The notes under the pieces were generated by a model that was given only the letters and a program-made list of their open reading frames with translations, was not told the DNA's origin and did not search any database. From the NCBI GenBank assembly GCA_030681595.1, contig JAUXSB010000037.1, forward strand, positions 319 to 64,318: a DNA stretch of 64,000 nt, given 5' to 3'. The DNA comes from Candidatus Omnitrophota bacterium (GTDB lineage Bacteria; Omnitrophota; Gorgyraeia; Ghiorseimicrobiales; Ghiorseimicrobiaceae). How positions within the stretch are numbered: position 1 is the first letter of the stretch; each line of letters opens with the position of its first letter. Positions 1-9,025 of the stretch are shown here, piece after piece. The position numbers and the translations under genes are program-made.

Positions 1-336
1 TTTATGGAAAATTATCAGAGATTTTGGCTAAAACCTACTACTGAAATCGCCTATGCGCATAATTGTTATTTGCAGGCATTGGCGGAAACCGGGTTCATCG
101 GCCTGGGGGCATTTTTATTATTGTTATTTATTTGGCTAAAAGAAACTTTAGGGCGCCTTTTACGGCCATCTAATTCGTTTTATTATTTTTCTTTTATGGG
201 TTTAAGCGTTGGTTTGGTAGCCTATTTATTGAATAGTTTCGTGGATACAAATTTTTATTCTTTGCCGATTGCGGTTCTATTTTGGTTTATTTTAGGCTTG
301 CAGCAGGCGGCAGGCCGATTAGCTAATCGTGAATAA
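1..336 (+). CDS. O-antigen ligase (Wzy_C/WaaL)-family protein, C-terminal fragment; the start lies upstream of the window
   Basis: The last 110 aa are hydrophobic TM helices (FIGLGAFLLLLFIWL, LVAYLLNSF, IAVLFWFILGL) of the O-antigen-ligase type. The ORF is open at the window edge. Confidence 0.45.
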   Translation, partial: FMENYQRFWLKPTTEIAYAHNCYLQALAETGFIGLGAFLLLLFIWLKETLGRLLRPSNSFYYFSFMGLSVGLVAYLLNSFVDTNFYSLPIAVLFWFILGLQQAAGRLANRE

Positions 337-1420
337 TAATTTTACAAAAGTTATTATAATCAACCCTTTTGGCATAGGGGATGTTTTGTTCTCTACGCCT
401 GTTATAGAAAATGTTAAAATAAAATACCCCGATATTTTTATCGGCTATTTATGTAACGCCAGGACCGCGCCCATTTTTCAGGACAATCCAAAAGTAGGCA
501 GGGTATTTATTTATGAGAAAGATGAATGGCGGAAATTATGGAAAGAATCTAAATTTAAATGTGTTTGTAAATTTTTAAATTTTCTATCCGGGATTAAAAA
601 ATGTAAATTTGATCTCGCGATAGACCTTTCTTTGGGCAGGCACTACAGCTTTTTTCTCTGGCTTTTAGGTATTAAAAAGAGATACGGCTTTAACTATAAA
701 AATAGGGGGTTTTTCTTAACGGATAAGATAGATATGGAGGGCTATCAGGGAAAGCATGTAATTGAGTATTATTTGGATTTATTGCATTTTATGGACATAA
801 GTCCGGTTGAGATAAAGCCTGCGGTGTATATCGCAGAGAAATATAAAAGATGGGCCGAAGATTTTTTAAGAGAATGCGGCATATCTAAGGGAAAAAATCT
901 GATTGGGATTATTCCCGGCGGCGGGGTAAGCTGGGGCAAGGCCGTAGATATACGCAGATGGTCTAGGGATAAATTTGCAAAACTAGCTGATAAAATAATT
1001 GATAGCGGTTTAGCTGAGATAATGATATTTGGCGATGCCTCTGAAAAGGAACTGTGTAGAGAGGTGATTTCTTTGATGTCGCATAAGCCTATTCAGGTGG
1101 CAGGTAAGACAGACTTAATGCAATTTGCCGCGCTTTTGTCTAAGTGCGGGTTAGTAATTGCTAATGATGGCGGGCCGTTACATTTGTCGGTTGCGGCTGG
1201 AGTTAAAACAGTTTCATTGTTTGGGCCTGTAGATGAAAATGTTTACGGCCAATATCCCCCTAATCCGCAAATACACAGGATTATAAAAAAGGATATCCAT
1301 TGCAGGCCATGTTATAGGAAATTTAAAATGTCGCCATGCCGCTATAATAAAAAATGTTTGGATGATATAAACGTGGATGAGGTATTTGACGCGGTTTTGG
1401 AATTATTAAAAAAGGAATGA
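329..1420 (+). CDS. GT9-family glycosyltransferase (ADP-heptose:LPS heptosyltransferase-like)
   Basis: 363 aa. The N-terminal IIINPFGIGDVLFSTPVIE motif, the GGGVSWGK segment and the C-terminal DGGPLHLSVAAG motif are typical of RfaC/RfaF heptosyltransferases. Confidence 0.8.
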   Translation: MNNNFTKVIIINPFGIGDVLFSTPVIENVKIKYPDIFIGYLCNARTAPIFQDNPKVGRVFIYEKDEWRKLWKESKFKCVCKFLNFLSGIKKCKFDLAIDLSLGRHYSFFLWLLGIKKRYGFNYKNRGFFLTDKIDMEGYQGKHVIEYYLDLLHFMDISPVEIKPAVYIAEKYKRWAEDFLRECGISKGKNLIGIIPGGGVSWGKAVDIRRWSRDKFAKLADKIIDSGLAEIMIFGDASEKELCREVISLMSHKPIQVAGKTDLMQFAALLSKCGLVIANDGGPLHLSVAAGVKTVSLFGPVDENVYGQYPPNPQIHRIIKKDIHCRPCYRKFKMSPCRYNKKCLDDINVDEVFDAVLELLKKE

Positions 1421-1881
1421 TTATGATTGATGGAGTGAAGGTTAAAAATCTGAAGGTTATCGTTGATACACGCGGGCGTTTAATGGAAATATTTAGAGTT
1501 TCAGAAGTTAAAGTTAGCCCTAAGCAGGTTTATTTGACAACTGCGTACGAAAATATCGTAAAGGATAAGTCGTGTTTCCATATGCATAAGAAGCAGAATG
1601 ATTCTTTTTGCTGCGTTAAGGGAAAAATAAAACTTGTTTTAGTCGATACCAGGAAGGGCAGCCGGACAGAAGGGGAAATTAGTGAATTTGAAATCGGCGA
1701 GGAAAACCCATGTTTAGTCATGATACCGAAGAAGGTACTCCACGCGTTTAAAAGCCTGTCCGGAGAGTCATTTATTATAAATTGCATAGACCATGAATAT
1801 AACAAAGATAGCCCGGATGAATTTAGGATTGAGAATAAATACTATGACTGGGATAATTTGCGCCCGTTGAAATTGAAATAA
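1417..1881 (+). CDS. rmlC: dTDP-4-dehydrorhamnose 3,5-epimerase
   Basis: 154-aa cupin. DTRGRLMEIF matches the RmlC RGFFxE motif, and the catalytic His (FHMHK) and Tyr (VLHAF) positions are conserved. It sits adjacent to rmlA, rmlB and rmlD. Confidence 0.8.
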   Translation: MIMIDGVKVKNLKVIVDTRGRLMEIFRVSEVKVSPKQVYLTTAYENIVKDKSCFHMHKKQNDSFCCVKGKIKLVLVDTRKGSRTEGEISEFEIGEENPCLVMIPKKVLHAFKSLSGESFIINCIDHEYNKDSPDEFRIENKYYDWDNLRPLKLK

Positions 1882-1957
1882 CTATAACTATAGAGGTACG
1901 CAAAACTAATGAAATTTCGTGAGCGAAGAAGTTCCATCAGTTTTACGTTTCTCAATA
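1882..1957 (-). repeat. Internally deleted MITE copy consisting of the two terminal inverted repeats only (ctatagaggtacgcaaaac...gttttacgtttctcaata)
   Basis: Both ends match the reverse complement of the ends of the full-length elements at 30041 and 55533. Confidence 0.6.
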
Positions 1958-1975
1958 ATCGAGAGGCAGGGTAGA

Positions 1976-2707
1976 ATGAAAGGCATAATTTTAGCCGGTG
2001 GTTTAGGTAAGAGGCTTGAGCCGCTAACGCGTATTACGAACAAGCATCTGCTTCCCGTATATAATAAGCCGATGATTTATTATCCGCTTGAGGCTCTTGT
2101 TGATGCGGAGATTTCCGAAATCATGATTGTTACCGGTGGAAATAATGCCGGAGATTTTTTACGCCTTCTCGGTAACGGCCGCGATTTCGGCTTAAAACAT
2201 ATAGATTACACTTATCAGCGCGGCGAAGGCGGCATTGCGGAGGCGTTAGGCTTATGTGAGCATTTCGCGGATAAAGATAAAATAGTGGTTATCTTAGGGG
2301 ATAACTTAATCGAGAAATCAATTAAAAAATATGTGGATAAATTCAGAAAACAAGATAAAGGTGCCAGAATTTTAATTAAAAAAGTTAAAGACCCTGAACG
2401 GTTTGGCGTTGCCGAGCTTTGCGGCAATAGGGTCGTATCAATTAAAGAAAAACCTAAAAAACCAAAATCAGAATACGCCGTTACCGGGATATATATGTAT
2501 GATTCGTATGTTTTTGATGTTATAAAGACCCTTAAGCCTTCAGAGAGAGGCGAGCTTGAAATTACAGATGTAAACAATGCTTATCTAAAGAGAGATGACC
2601 TTTATTGTGATATTTTGGATGGCTGGTGGACGGATTGCGGGACTCACGAATCTTTGTTGCACGCTAATAATCTAGTAGAGAAAAAATACAGGAAGAATAA
2701 AAAATGA
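1976..2707 (+). CDS. rmlA: Glucose-1-phosphate thymidylyltransferase (short-form sugar nucleotidyltransferase)
   Basis: GIILAGGLGKRLEPLT nucleotidyltransferase motif. The likely start is ATG 1976 (MKGIILAGG) with RBS gagagg; the track ORF start at 1919 is an upstream over-extension. Confidence 0.8.
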   Translation: MKGIILAGGLGKRLEPLTRITNKHLLPVYNKPMIYYPLEALVDAEISEIMIVTGGNNAGDFLRLLGNGRDFGLKHIDYTYQRGEGGIAEALGLCEHFADKDKIVVILGDNLIEKSIKKYVDKFRKQDKGARILIKKVKDPERFGVAELCGNRVVSIKEKPKKPKSEYAVTGIYMYDSYVFDVIKTLKPSERGELEITDVNNAYLKRDDLYCDILDGWWTDCGTHESLLHANNLVEKKYRKNKK

Positions 2708-2756
2708 ATATGTCCGCCACAAAGCGTTGGCGGACCTGCCCGAATGAAGTCAGGCG

Positions 2757-2818
2757 GGTTTAATTCGCGTAAATAACTTACGTCGTTTATACTCCGTAAG
2801 TTATACGCTCATTAAAAA
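2757..2818 (+). promoter_or_regulatory. Conserved leader element: GGGTTTAATTCGCG, a 10-bp hairpin (ATAACTTACG/CGTAAGTTAT) and GCTCATTAA immediately 5' of rmlB
   Basis: The same architecture recurs at 11517, 49033 and 54031 (the last with swapped arms) with different loops and compensatory stem changes. Confidence 0.5.
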
Positions 2819-3775
2819 ATGAAAATTCTTATTACCGGCGGCTGCGGTTTCATTGGTTCTAATTTTATCCGTTACATGCTGGATAAATATCATGATTACC
2901 GGATTTTTAATCTTGATAAATTAACGTATGCCGGCAAGGGCGATAATTTAAAAGACAAAGAAAGTAACCGAAGGTACAAATTTATCCAAGGCGATATTTG
3001 TGATGCGAAAATTGTGGATAAAATTATACCTAATTGTGAAATAATCGTTAATTTTGCCGCGGAAAGCCATGTGGACAGGTCAATTCTTTATCCGGACGAT
3101 TTTGTCAGGACAAATGTTTTCGGAACGCATGTGCTCTTGGAAGCGGCAAAAAGGCATAACGTAAGCCGCTATATTCAGATAGGAACCGATGAAGTTTACG
3201 GCAGCATATTATCCGGTTCATTTACGGAAAAGAGCCAGCTTTCTCCTAATAGCCCATATTCGGCAACTAAAGCATCGGCAGATTTGCTTGCGCGTTCGTA
3301 TTTTGTTACGCATAATCTCCCAGTAATTATTACGCGAAGCAGTAACAATTACGGGCCATACCAGTATCCGGAAAAGGCTATTCCGTTATTTATCACTAAT
3401 CTGTTAGAGGGTAAGAAAGTTCCGTTATACGGCGATGGCTTAAATGTCCGGGACTGGCTGTATGTTTTAGATAATTGCGCCGCAATTGATTTAGTAATAC
3501 ATAAAGGAAAAATCGGGGAAGTTTATAATATTGGCGGAGGCAGTGAGGTTACTAATTTAAGGCTCACGCGTTTAATTCTTAAAAAGATGGGTAAGGGGAA
3601 AGAGTTCATTAATTATGTTACCGACCGGCTTGGCCATGACCGTAGGTATAGTTTAAATTGTGATAAGATTAAAAAAATAGGGTTTAGGCCAAGATACGAT
3701 TTTAATAAGGCATTGGATTTTACCGTTCTTTGGTATGAGAACAATAAATCTTGGTGGAAAAAGCTCAAAAAATGA
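2819..3775 (+). CDS. rmlB: dTDP-glucose 4,6-dehydratase
   Basis: ILITGGCGFIGSNF Rossmann motif and YSASKASAD catalytic YxxxK motif; 318 aa. Confidence 0.9.
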   Translation: MKILITGGCGFIGSNFIRYMLDKYHDYRIFNLDKLTYAGKGDNLKDKESNRRYKFIQGDICDAKIVDKIIPNCEIIVNFAAESHVDRSILYPDDFVRTNVFGTHVLLEAAKRHNVSRYIQIGTDEVYGSILSGSFTEKSQLSPNSPYSATKASADLLARSYFVTHNLPVIITRSSNNYGPYQYPEKAIPLFITNLLEGKKVPLYGDGLNVRDWLYVLDNCAAIDLVIHKGKIGEVYNIGGGSEVTNLRLTRLILKKMGKGKEFINYVTDRLGHDRRYSLNCDKIKKIGFRPRYDFNKALDFTVLWYENNKSWWKKLKK

Positions 3776-4689
3776 AAAAACAAAAGATTTTGATCACGGG
3801 TTCTTCTGGGATGTTGGGCAGGGCGCTTTGTGATGTTTTAAGCCGATCCTATCAGGTTTTCGGGATAGATTTAGAAAATCGCAATAAACTAAAAAACTTT
3901 CTGGTTTGCGATATAACTAAGTTTGAGCAAGTTAAAAAAGCCATTCTTGTGGTCCTACCAAATATAATTATCCATACTGCGGCATATACCGATGTTGATG
4001 GCTGTGAAGTAGATAAGAAAAAATCCGAGGTAGTAAATAAACAAGGCGCGATTAATGTTGCGAAAATATGTCAAGATATTAACGCAACACTTTTTTTTAT
4101 CAGTACGGATTATATCTTTAACGGAAAAAAGAAAAGTTCTTATCGGGAAAATGACGCACCATCACCTTTAAATATATACGGCAGGGCGAAATTTGAAGCT
4201 GAGGAGTTTATCCGGCATAATTTATCCGAATACTTTATAGTCCGTACCAGCTGGTTATATGGCGCAAAGGGAAAAAATTTTGTTGATACAATAAGAGCCA
4301 CTGCCCAATCTAATTCTCCTTTAAAAGTTATCGATGATCAAACAGGCAGCCCTACCTACGTTGTGGATTTATCAGAAGCAATAAAAAATCTGATGGATAA
4401 AATTAACGATTGCCCCAAAAAATATAGCGGGATTTATCATATTACTAATAGCGGCAAATGTAGCTGGTATCAATTTGCCAAGAAAATTACAAAAATAAAT
4501 AAGTTAAATGCAAAAATTATACCTATGAAATCTTCGCAATTAACCCGCCCGGCAAAACGACCGAAAAATTCTTTATTAAGTAATGTAAAATTTAACCGTT
4601 TAATCCATAAGCCGATGCGTAGCTGGCGGAAAGCCCTTGGGGAATATCTTAAGCATAGTAAGCAAAAAAATAATTTTGGTATCACATAA
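3772..4689 (+). CDS. rmlD: dTDP-4-dehydrorhamnose reductase
   Basis: KILITGSSGMLGRAL NAD-binding N-terminus and a YGRAKF active-site motif. ATG 3772 overlaps the rmlB stop as ATGA; the track start at 3751 is an alternative. Confidence 0.85.
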   Translation: MKKQKILITGSSGMLGRALCDVLSRSYQVFGIDLENRNKLKNFLVCDITKFEQVKKAILVVLPNIIIHTAAYTDVDGCEVDKKKSEVVNKQGAINVAKICQDINATLFFISTDYIFNGKKKSSYRENDAPSPLNIYGRAKFEAEEFIRHNLSEYFIVRTSWLYGAKGKNFVDTIRATAQSNSPLKVIDDQTGSPTYVVDLSEAIKNLMDKINDCPKKYSGIYHITNSGKCSWYQFAKKITKINKLNAKIIPMKSSQLTRPAKRPKNSLLSNVKFNRLIHKPMRSWRKALGEYLKHSKQKNNFGIT

Positions 4690-4730
4690 ATTTTCTATGC
4701 GTTATCTGCTATCCGCTAAACGCTAATCAT

Positions 4731-5825
4731 ATGCCCTGCGATATAATTATCCCGGTTTTTAACCAGAAACAATATACTCAAAGCTGCCTCGAAAGCATAA
4801 AAAGGCATACGCATACCGATTATCGGATTATTATAGTTGATGATAATAGCAGCGATGCTGAAACGGTTAAATTTTTGGATGCCGTTAAAAACGATAATAT
4901 TAAGGTTATACGTAATGAGCAAAATCTAGGTTGGGTTAAGTCGGTTAACCGTGGGTTAGCCGAGTCTAGTGCGGAATATGTTTGTATAATGAATAATGAT
5001 ACGCTGGTAGCTGATGGCTGGTTTAGCGAAATGATCGCGGTTGCTGAAAAAGAGCCCGACATTGGCTTGGTTAATCCTGTCTGGGAGAAACCGGATAGAA
5101 TATCAATAGAAGATTATGCGCGCGGGCTTAAGAAGTACGCGGGCCAGTTTATTGAGACTGACTGGGCGCGTGGTTTTTGTTTTTTGGTTAAACGCAAAGT
5201 TATCGATAAAATCGGCGGGCTTGATGAGGCATATAGTCCGGGTTATTCAGACGATTGGGATTTCTCTGTACGTGCGATTAGGGCGGGTTTCCGGTGTATA
5301 AGGTCAAAAGCCGCATATGTTTATCATTATCGTAATAAGACACACAAAGGCGCTTTTGAGCAAAGCCTTTGGGATAACTTAATAAAAAAGAATAACGAAT
5401 TATTTTATCAGCGTTGGGGTAAGCCTCTAAGGATAGTGTTTATTTTTAGTGGTAAAACTTGCGATAAGAAAAAAATAGAGGATATGCTTTTTTCTTTAGC
5501 ACGTCAGCAGCATCACATTTATATTTGGGCGATAAATAAATATATGCCGCATATAGCGCATACTAATGTAGAAGTAAGTTTTATACCGCGTTTCTTATTT
5601 TATTTATTTGTTCTTGCTAGTCTAATAAATAACTTCTATCGGAATATAGACAAGAGATACAATGCTCTTTTTATGGGCGATAGTTATTTTTTAAATTTAT
5701 TTTCTGTATTTGGCATAACCAGAAAAACCCATATTTTTTTAACAGATTTTAATGATGCGACGGTCTGCGAGCGGATACAAAAACATATAGGCGAGGTTAA
5801 GGCAAGCAAGAAAAAGGAAATTTAA
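4731..5825 (+). CDS. GT2-family glycosyltransferase (rhamnosyltransferase-like) with a roughly 130-aa C-terminal extension
   Basis: DIIIPVFN and IIVDDNSSD (DxD) motifs. Paralogue of 12644..13732 with about 50% identity by eye. Confidence 0.8.
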   Translation: MPCDIIIPVFNQKQYTQSCLESIKRHTHTDYRIIIVDDNSSDAETVKFLDAVKNDNIKVIRNEQNLGWVKSVNRGLAESSAEYVCIMNNDTLVADGWFSEMIAVAEKEPDIGLVNPVWEKPDRISIEDYARGLKKYAGQFIETDWARGFCFLVKRKVIDKIGGLDEAYSPGYSDDWDFSVRAIRAGFRCIRSKAAYVYHYRNKTHKGAFEQSLWDNLIKKNNELFYQRWGKPLRIVFIFSGKTCDKKKIEDMLFSLARQQHHIYIWAINKYMPHIAHTNVEVSFIPRFLFYLFVLASLINNFYRNIDKRYNALFMGDSYFLNLFSVFGITRKTHIFLTDFNDATVCERIQKHIGEVKASKKKEI

Positions 5826-5829
5826 TAAA

Positions 5830-7686
5830 ATGGCGGACATATTAGGCATATCAGCTTTTTATCATGATAGCGCGGCAGTATTTGTACGCGACGGTGAAAT
5901 TGTTGCCGCGGCCCAGGAAGAGAGATTTAGCCGCAAGAAACATGATGCTTCATTTCCCTTTGGTGCGGTGAAATATTGCTTGGAAGAAAGCAATACGCCA
6001 ATAGGGCAGGTTGATTTTGTCGCTTTTTACGATAAGCCTCTCCTAAAGTTTGAGCGTCTGCTTGAGACCTATCTTATTTATGCGCCGAAGGGTTTAAGAT
6101 CATTTATTGCAGCAATGCCGGTTTGGATAAAAGATAAGCTTTTCCTTAAGGATTTGATTTTAAAGGAGTTATCAGGGATTTCGGATTCGCCAAAATTTAA
6201 ATTTAATCCCGAAAAAGTTTTATTTTCAGAACATCATTTATCACATGCGGCTTCGGCATTTTTCCCGTCTAATTTTGAGGCTGCGGCAATCTTAACGATC
6301 GACGGCGTAGGCGAGTGGGCGACGACCTGTATAGGGATTGGACAAGATAATAAAATTAATCTTTTTTCAGAGATTGATTTCCCGCACTCTTTAGGCCTGC
6401 TTTATTCTGCTTTTACTTATTATACGGGTTTTAAAGTAAATTCGGCTGAATATAAAGTGATGGGGCTTGCTCCTTATGGCGAGCCAAAATATGTAAATTT
6501 AATATTGGATAATTTGATAGATTTAAAGGATGATGGGTCTTTCCGTTTGAATATGGAATATTTTGACTATTGTACTGGTTTTAGAATGATATCCAAAAAG
6601 TTTGAAAAATTGTTCGGCGGTCATCCTCGTAAGTCGGAGACGGCTCTTATTCAAAAAGAAATGGATATCGCTAGGTCGATTCAAGAAGTTACAGAGATGG
6701 CTGTGCTTAGGCTTGCAAGGCAGGCGGTTAAGGTGGCGGGGAGTAAAAATTTATGCTTAGCAGGCGGAGTGGCTTTAAATTGCGTGGCTAATGGCCGGAT
6801 ATTAAAAGAGACTGAGATAGAAAATATATGGATTCAGCCGGCATCAGGAGATGCGGGAGGGGCTTTGGGTGCGGCATTACTGGTTTGGTATAGTTATCTG
6901 GGTAATACGCGCAGAGTTAACCATAGCGAAGATTCGATGAAGGGAGCATTTTTAGGTCCAAAATTTGATAATAAAATAATAGAAAAATTTCTTAAAGAAT
7001 CAGGGGCCTCCTATGAAAAATTAGATGATGAGGCGCTTATTGAGCGGGTTTCTGATTTAATCGCTCAAGAGAAGGTAATCGGCTGGTTTTGCGGGCGTAT
7101 GGAGTTTGGTCCACGCGCGTTGGGCGCACGCAGCATTATCGGCGATGCCCGCTCGCCAAGGCTACAGTCGGTATTAAACCTTAAGATAAAGTTTAGGGAA
7201 TCATTTAGGCCATTCGCCCCTTCTGTTTTAAAAGAAGATGCAGAAAATTACTTTGATTTAGCTTGCGATAGCCCGTATATGCTGTTAGTTGCGCCGCTTA
7301 AAAATGAAATACGGAAAAATATAGGCGAAGAAGATAAAATAAAAGACGGATTCAATAAATTAAAAGTTATCCGTTCGTCTATTCCTGCGGTAACCCATGT
7401 TGATTATTCGGCACGCGTCCAAACCGTATCAGAAAATATGCCTAATCAAAGATATTATGCGTTGGTAAAGAAATTTTCCCAACAAACCGGCTGTTCTGTT
7501 ATAATCAACACTTCTTTTAATGTAAGAGGAGAGCCGATAGTCTGCTCGCCACATGATGCCTTTAACTGTTTTATGCGCACGGATATGGATTATTTGGTGA
7601 TGGAAAATTTATTGTTGGATAAGACAAGGCAAAAGCCGGTTGATAAAAAAGACAAAAGTTGGATGAAGGAATTCATATTAGATTAG
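5830..7686 (+). CDS. Carbamoyltransferase, NodU/CmcH family
   Basis: 618 aa. The N-terminal YHDSAA...EERFSRKKHD motif (Kae1/YgjD-like) and a C-terminal carbamoyltransferase domain (PRALGARSI) are present. Confidence 0.9.
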   Translation: MADILGISAFYHDSAAVFVRDGEIVAAAQEERFSRKKHDASFPFGAVKYCLEESNTPIGQVDFVAFYDKPLLKFERLLETYLIYAPKGLRSFIAAMPVWIKDKLFLKDLILKELSGISDSPKFKFNPEKVLFSEHHLSHAASAFFPSNFEAAAILTIDGVGEWATTCIGIGQDNKINLFSEIDFPHSLGLLYSAFTYYTGFKVNSAEYKVMGLAPYGEPKYVNLILDNLIDLKDDGSFRLNMEYFDYCTGFRMISKKFEKLFGGHPRKSETALIQKEMDIARSIQEVTEMAVLRLARQAVKVAGSKNLCLAGGVALNCVANGRILKETEIENIWIQPASGDAGGALGAALLVWYSYLGNTRRVNHSEDSMKGAFLGPKFDNKIIEKFLKESGASYEKLDDEALIERVSDLIAQEKVIGWFCGRMEFGPRALGARSIIGDARSPRLQSVLNLKIKFRESFRPFAPSVLKEDAENYFDLACDSPYMLLVAPLKNEIRKNIGEEDKIKDGFNKLKVIRSSIPAVTHVDYSARVQTVSENMPNQRYYALVKKFSQQTGCSVIINTSFNVRGEPIVCSPHDAFNCFMRTDMDYLVMENLLLDKTRQKPVDKKDKSWMKEFILD

Positions 7687-7688
7687 AG

Positions 7689-8084
7689 ATGGAAAAAAAT
7701 AAAATATCCCAACTTAAAGAATTTGGTATTGCCTTAGCAGGGGTATTGGCGGTTATAGCGTTATTGCCTTTAGTCAGAAAAGGGCATATCCGTTATTGGG
7801 TAGCGTGCTCTTCCTTAATTATTTTAGCGCTTAGATTATTGGTGCCTACATGGTTAAGCCCGATTTATACACTTTTTTTAAAAATGGCACATATTGTAGG
7901 CAAGATAAACTCTGCTATTTTATTAAGTATTATTTATTATCTGCTGATAACGCCGATAGGGCTAATTATGCGTTTGCTAAAGCAGGCGAATTTTAAGAAA
8001 GGCCTTGATAGAAAGGCACAAACTTATTGGATCAAAAGAGATACAGCCCTTAATGATCCTAAGAGGATGGAAAGACAGTTTTAG
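7689..8084 (+). CDS. SxtJ-like small membrane protein
   Basis: About 131 aa with two hydrophobic segments. Position immediately 3' of a NodU-family carbamoyltransferase and 5' of a DUF5989-like ORF matches the recurrent carbamoyltransferase/SxtJ/DUF5989 trio. The ATG at 7689 was chosen after the carbamoyltransferase stop. Confidence 0.45.
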   Translation: MEKNKISQLKEFGIALAGVLAVIALLPLVRKGHIRYWVACSSLIILALRLLVPTWLSPIYTLFLKMAHIVGKINSAILLSIIYYLLITPIGLIMRLLKQANFKKGLDRKAQTYWIKRDTALNDPKRMERQF

Positions 8085-8098
8085 CAGAGGATAATAAA

Positions 8099-8251
8099 AT
8101 GTTTGCACTGTTAAAAGAATTATGGATTTTTTTAAAAACGCGTAAAAGATATTGGCTCGTGCCGATAGTTATTGTTCTGCTTTTATTAGGGGTTTTGTTA
8201 ATTTTCACAGAAAATTCGGCCGTAGCCCCATTTATCTATACTTTATTTTAG
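8099..8251 (+). CDS. DUF5989-like 50-aa membrane protein
   Basis: MFALLKELWIFLKTRKRYWLVPIVIVLLLLGVLLIFTENSAVAPFIYTLF. It is not in the ORF track because it is under 60 aa. The KRYWL-PI-V-LLLLG...APFIYTLF pattern is the hallmark of this family. Confidence 0.55.
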   Translation: MFALLKELWIFLKTRKRYWLVPIVIVLLLLGVLLIFTENSAVAPFIYTLF

Positions 8252-8253
8252 AA

Positions 8254-9024
8254 ATGAGCTCTAAATTGTCGGTAGTCATATTAACTAAAAACGAAGAAGA
8301 TAAAATAGCCCGCTGTATTGAGTCTGTTAAGTGGGCGGATGAAATTTTGGTTATTGATGATGAGAGCGCGGACGGAACAAGGCAGATAGCACAATCTTTG
8401 GGGGCGCGGGTGATAGTTAGGCCGCTTAATGGGGATTTTGCGGCTCAACGTAATTTTGGAATGGACGAGGCAAGCGGTGATTGGGTATTGCAGATGGATG
8501 CGGATGAAGTGGTGACAGAAAAATTAAAAAATGAGATTGAGAAAAATTTGACTGATGACTGTCAATATAGCGCTTTCATAATAAAGCGAAAAGAGTTTTT
8601 CTTGGGGCATTTTATGCAATACGGCGGATGGTATATAGATGAGCTTAAATTATTCCGCAGGAATGATTGCAAGTATATCCATGCCATACATGAGCGGCCG
8701 CAGGTTTCCGGTAAGATAGGGAGGATTGAAGCGGAAATTGAACATTATCCTTTTGTGAATATATCCCAGTATATAGATAGGCAGAGTAGATACACAGATT
8801 TAGAAGCTAATGAATTATTTAAAGAAAAGAGCATATTAAGCCTTAGAGAGATAAAGTATAATCTGCTGTTTAAGCCAATAAAATTATTTTGGAAACTTTA
8901 TATCAAAAAAAGGGGTTATAAAGATGGCGTTTACGGTTTGATCTACGCGGCGTTAAATGCTTTTAGGCATTTTTTGCGCTGGGCAAAATATTGGGAAATA
9001 GTAAAAAATAAGGAAGTAGGCTAA
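8254..9024 (+). CDS. GT2-family glycosyltransferase, KdtX/WaaE-like
   Basis: SVVILTKNEE...ILVIDDESADGT...DADE motifs. True start is ATG 8254 (MSSKLSVV); the track ORF start at 8152 is an out-of-context upstream extension. Confidence 0.8.
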   Translation: MSSKLSVVILTKNEEDKIARCIESVKWADEILVIDDESADGTRQIAQSLGARVIVRPLNGDFAAQRNFGMDEASGDWVLQMDADEVVTEKLKNEIEKNLTDDCQYSAFIIKRKEFFLGHFMQYGGWYIDELKLFRRNDCKYIHAIHERPQVSGKIGRIEAEIEHYPFVNISQYIDRQSRYTDLEANELFKEKSILSLREIKYNLLFKPIKLFWKLYIKKRGYKDGVYGLIYAALNAFRHFLRWAKYWEIVKNKEVG

Positions 9025-9025
9025 T

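Noticed and set aside
8152-8253. Upstream extension of the KdtX-like GT2 ORF (the track start at 8152 gives MARADSYCSAFIRGF...)
   Set aside because: The extension overlaps the DUF5989-like ORF in another frame and has no RBS. The ATG at 8254 starts the conserved MSSKLSVVILTKNEE N-terminus. The track starts for rmlA (1919), the second KdtX-like GT2 (10645), the epimerase (11569), glnN (22241), pstS1 (44484) and phoU2 (54051) were shortened on the same grounds.
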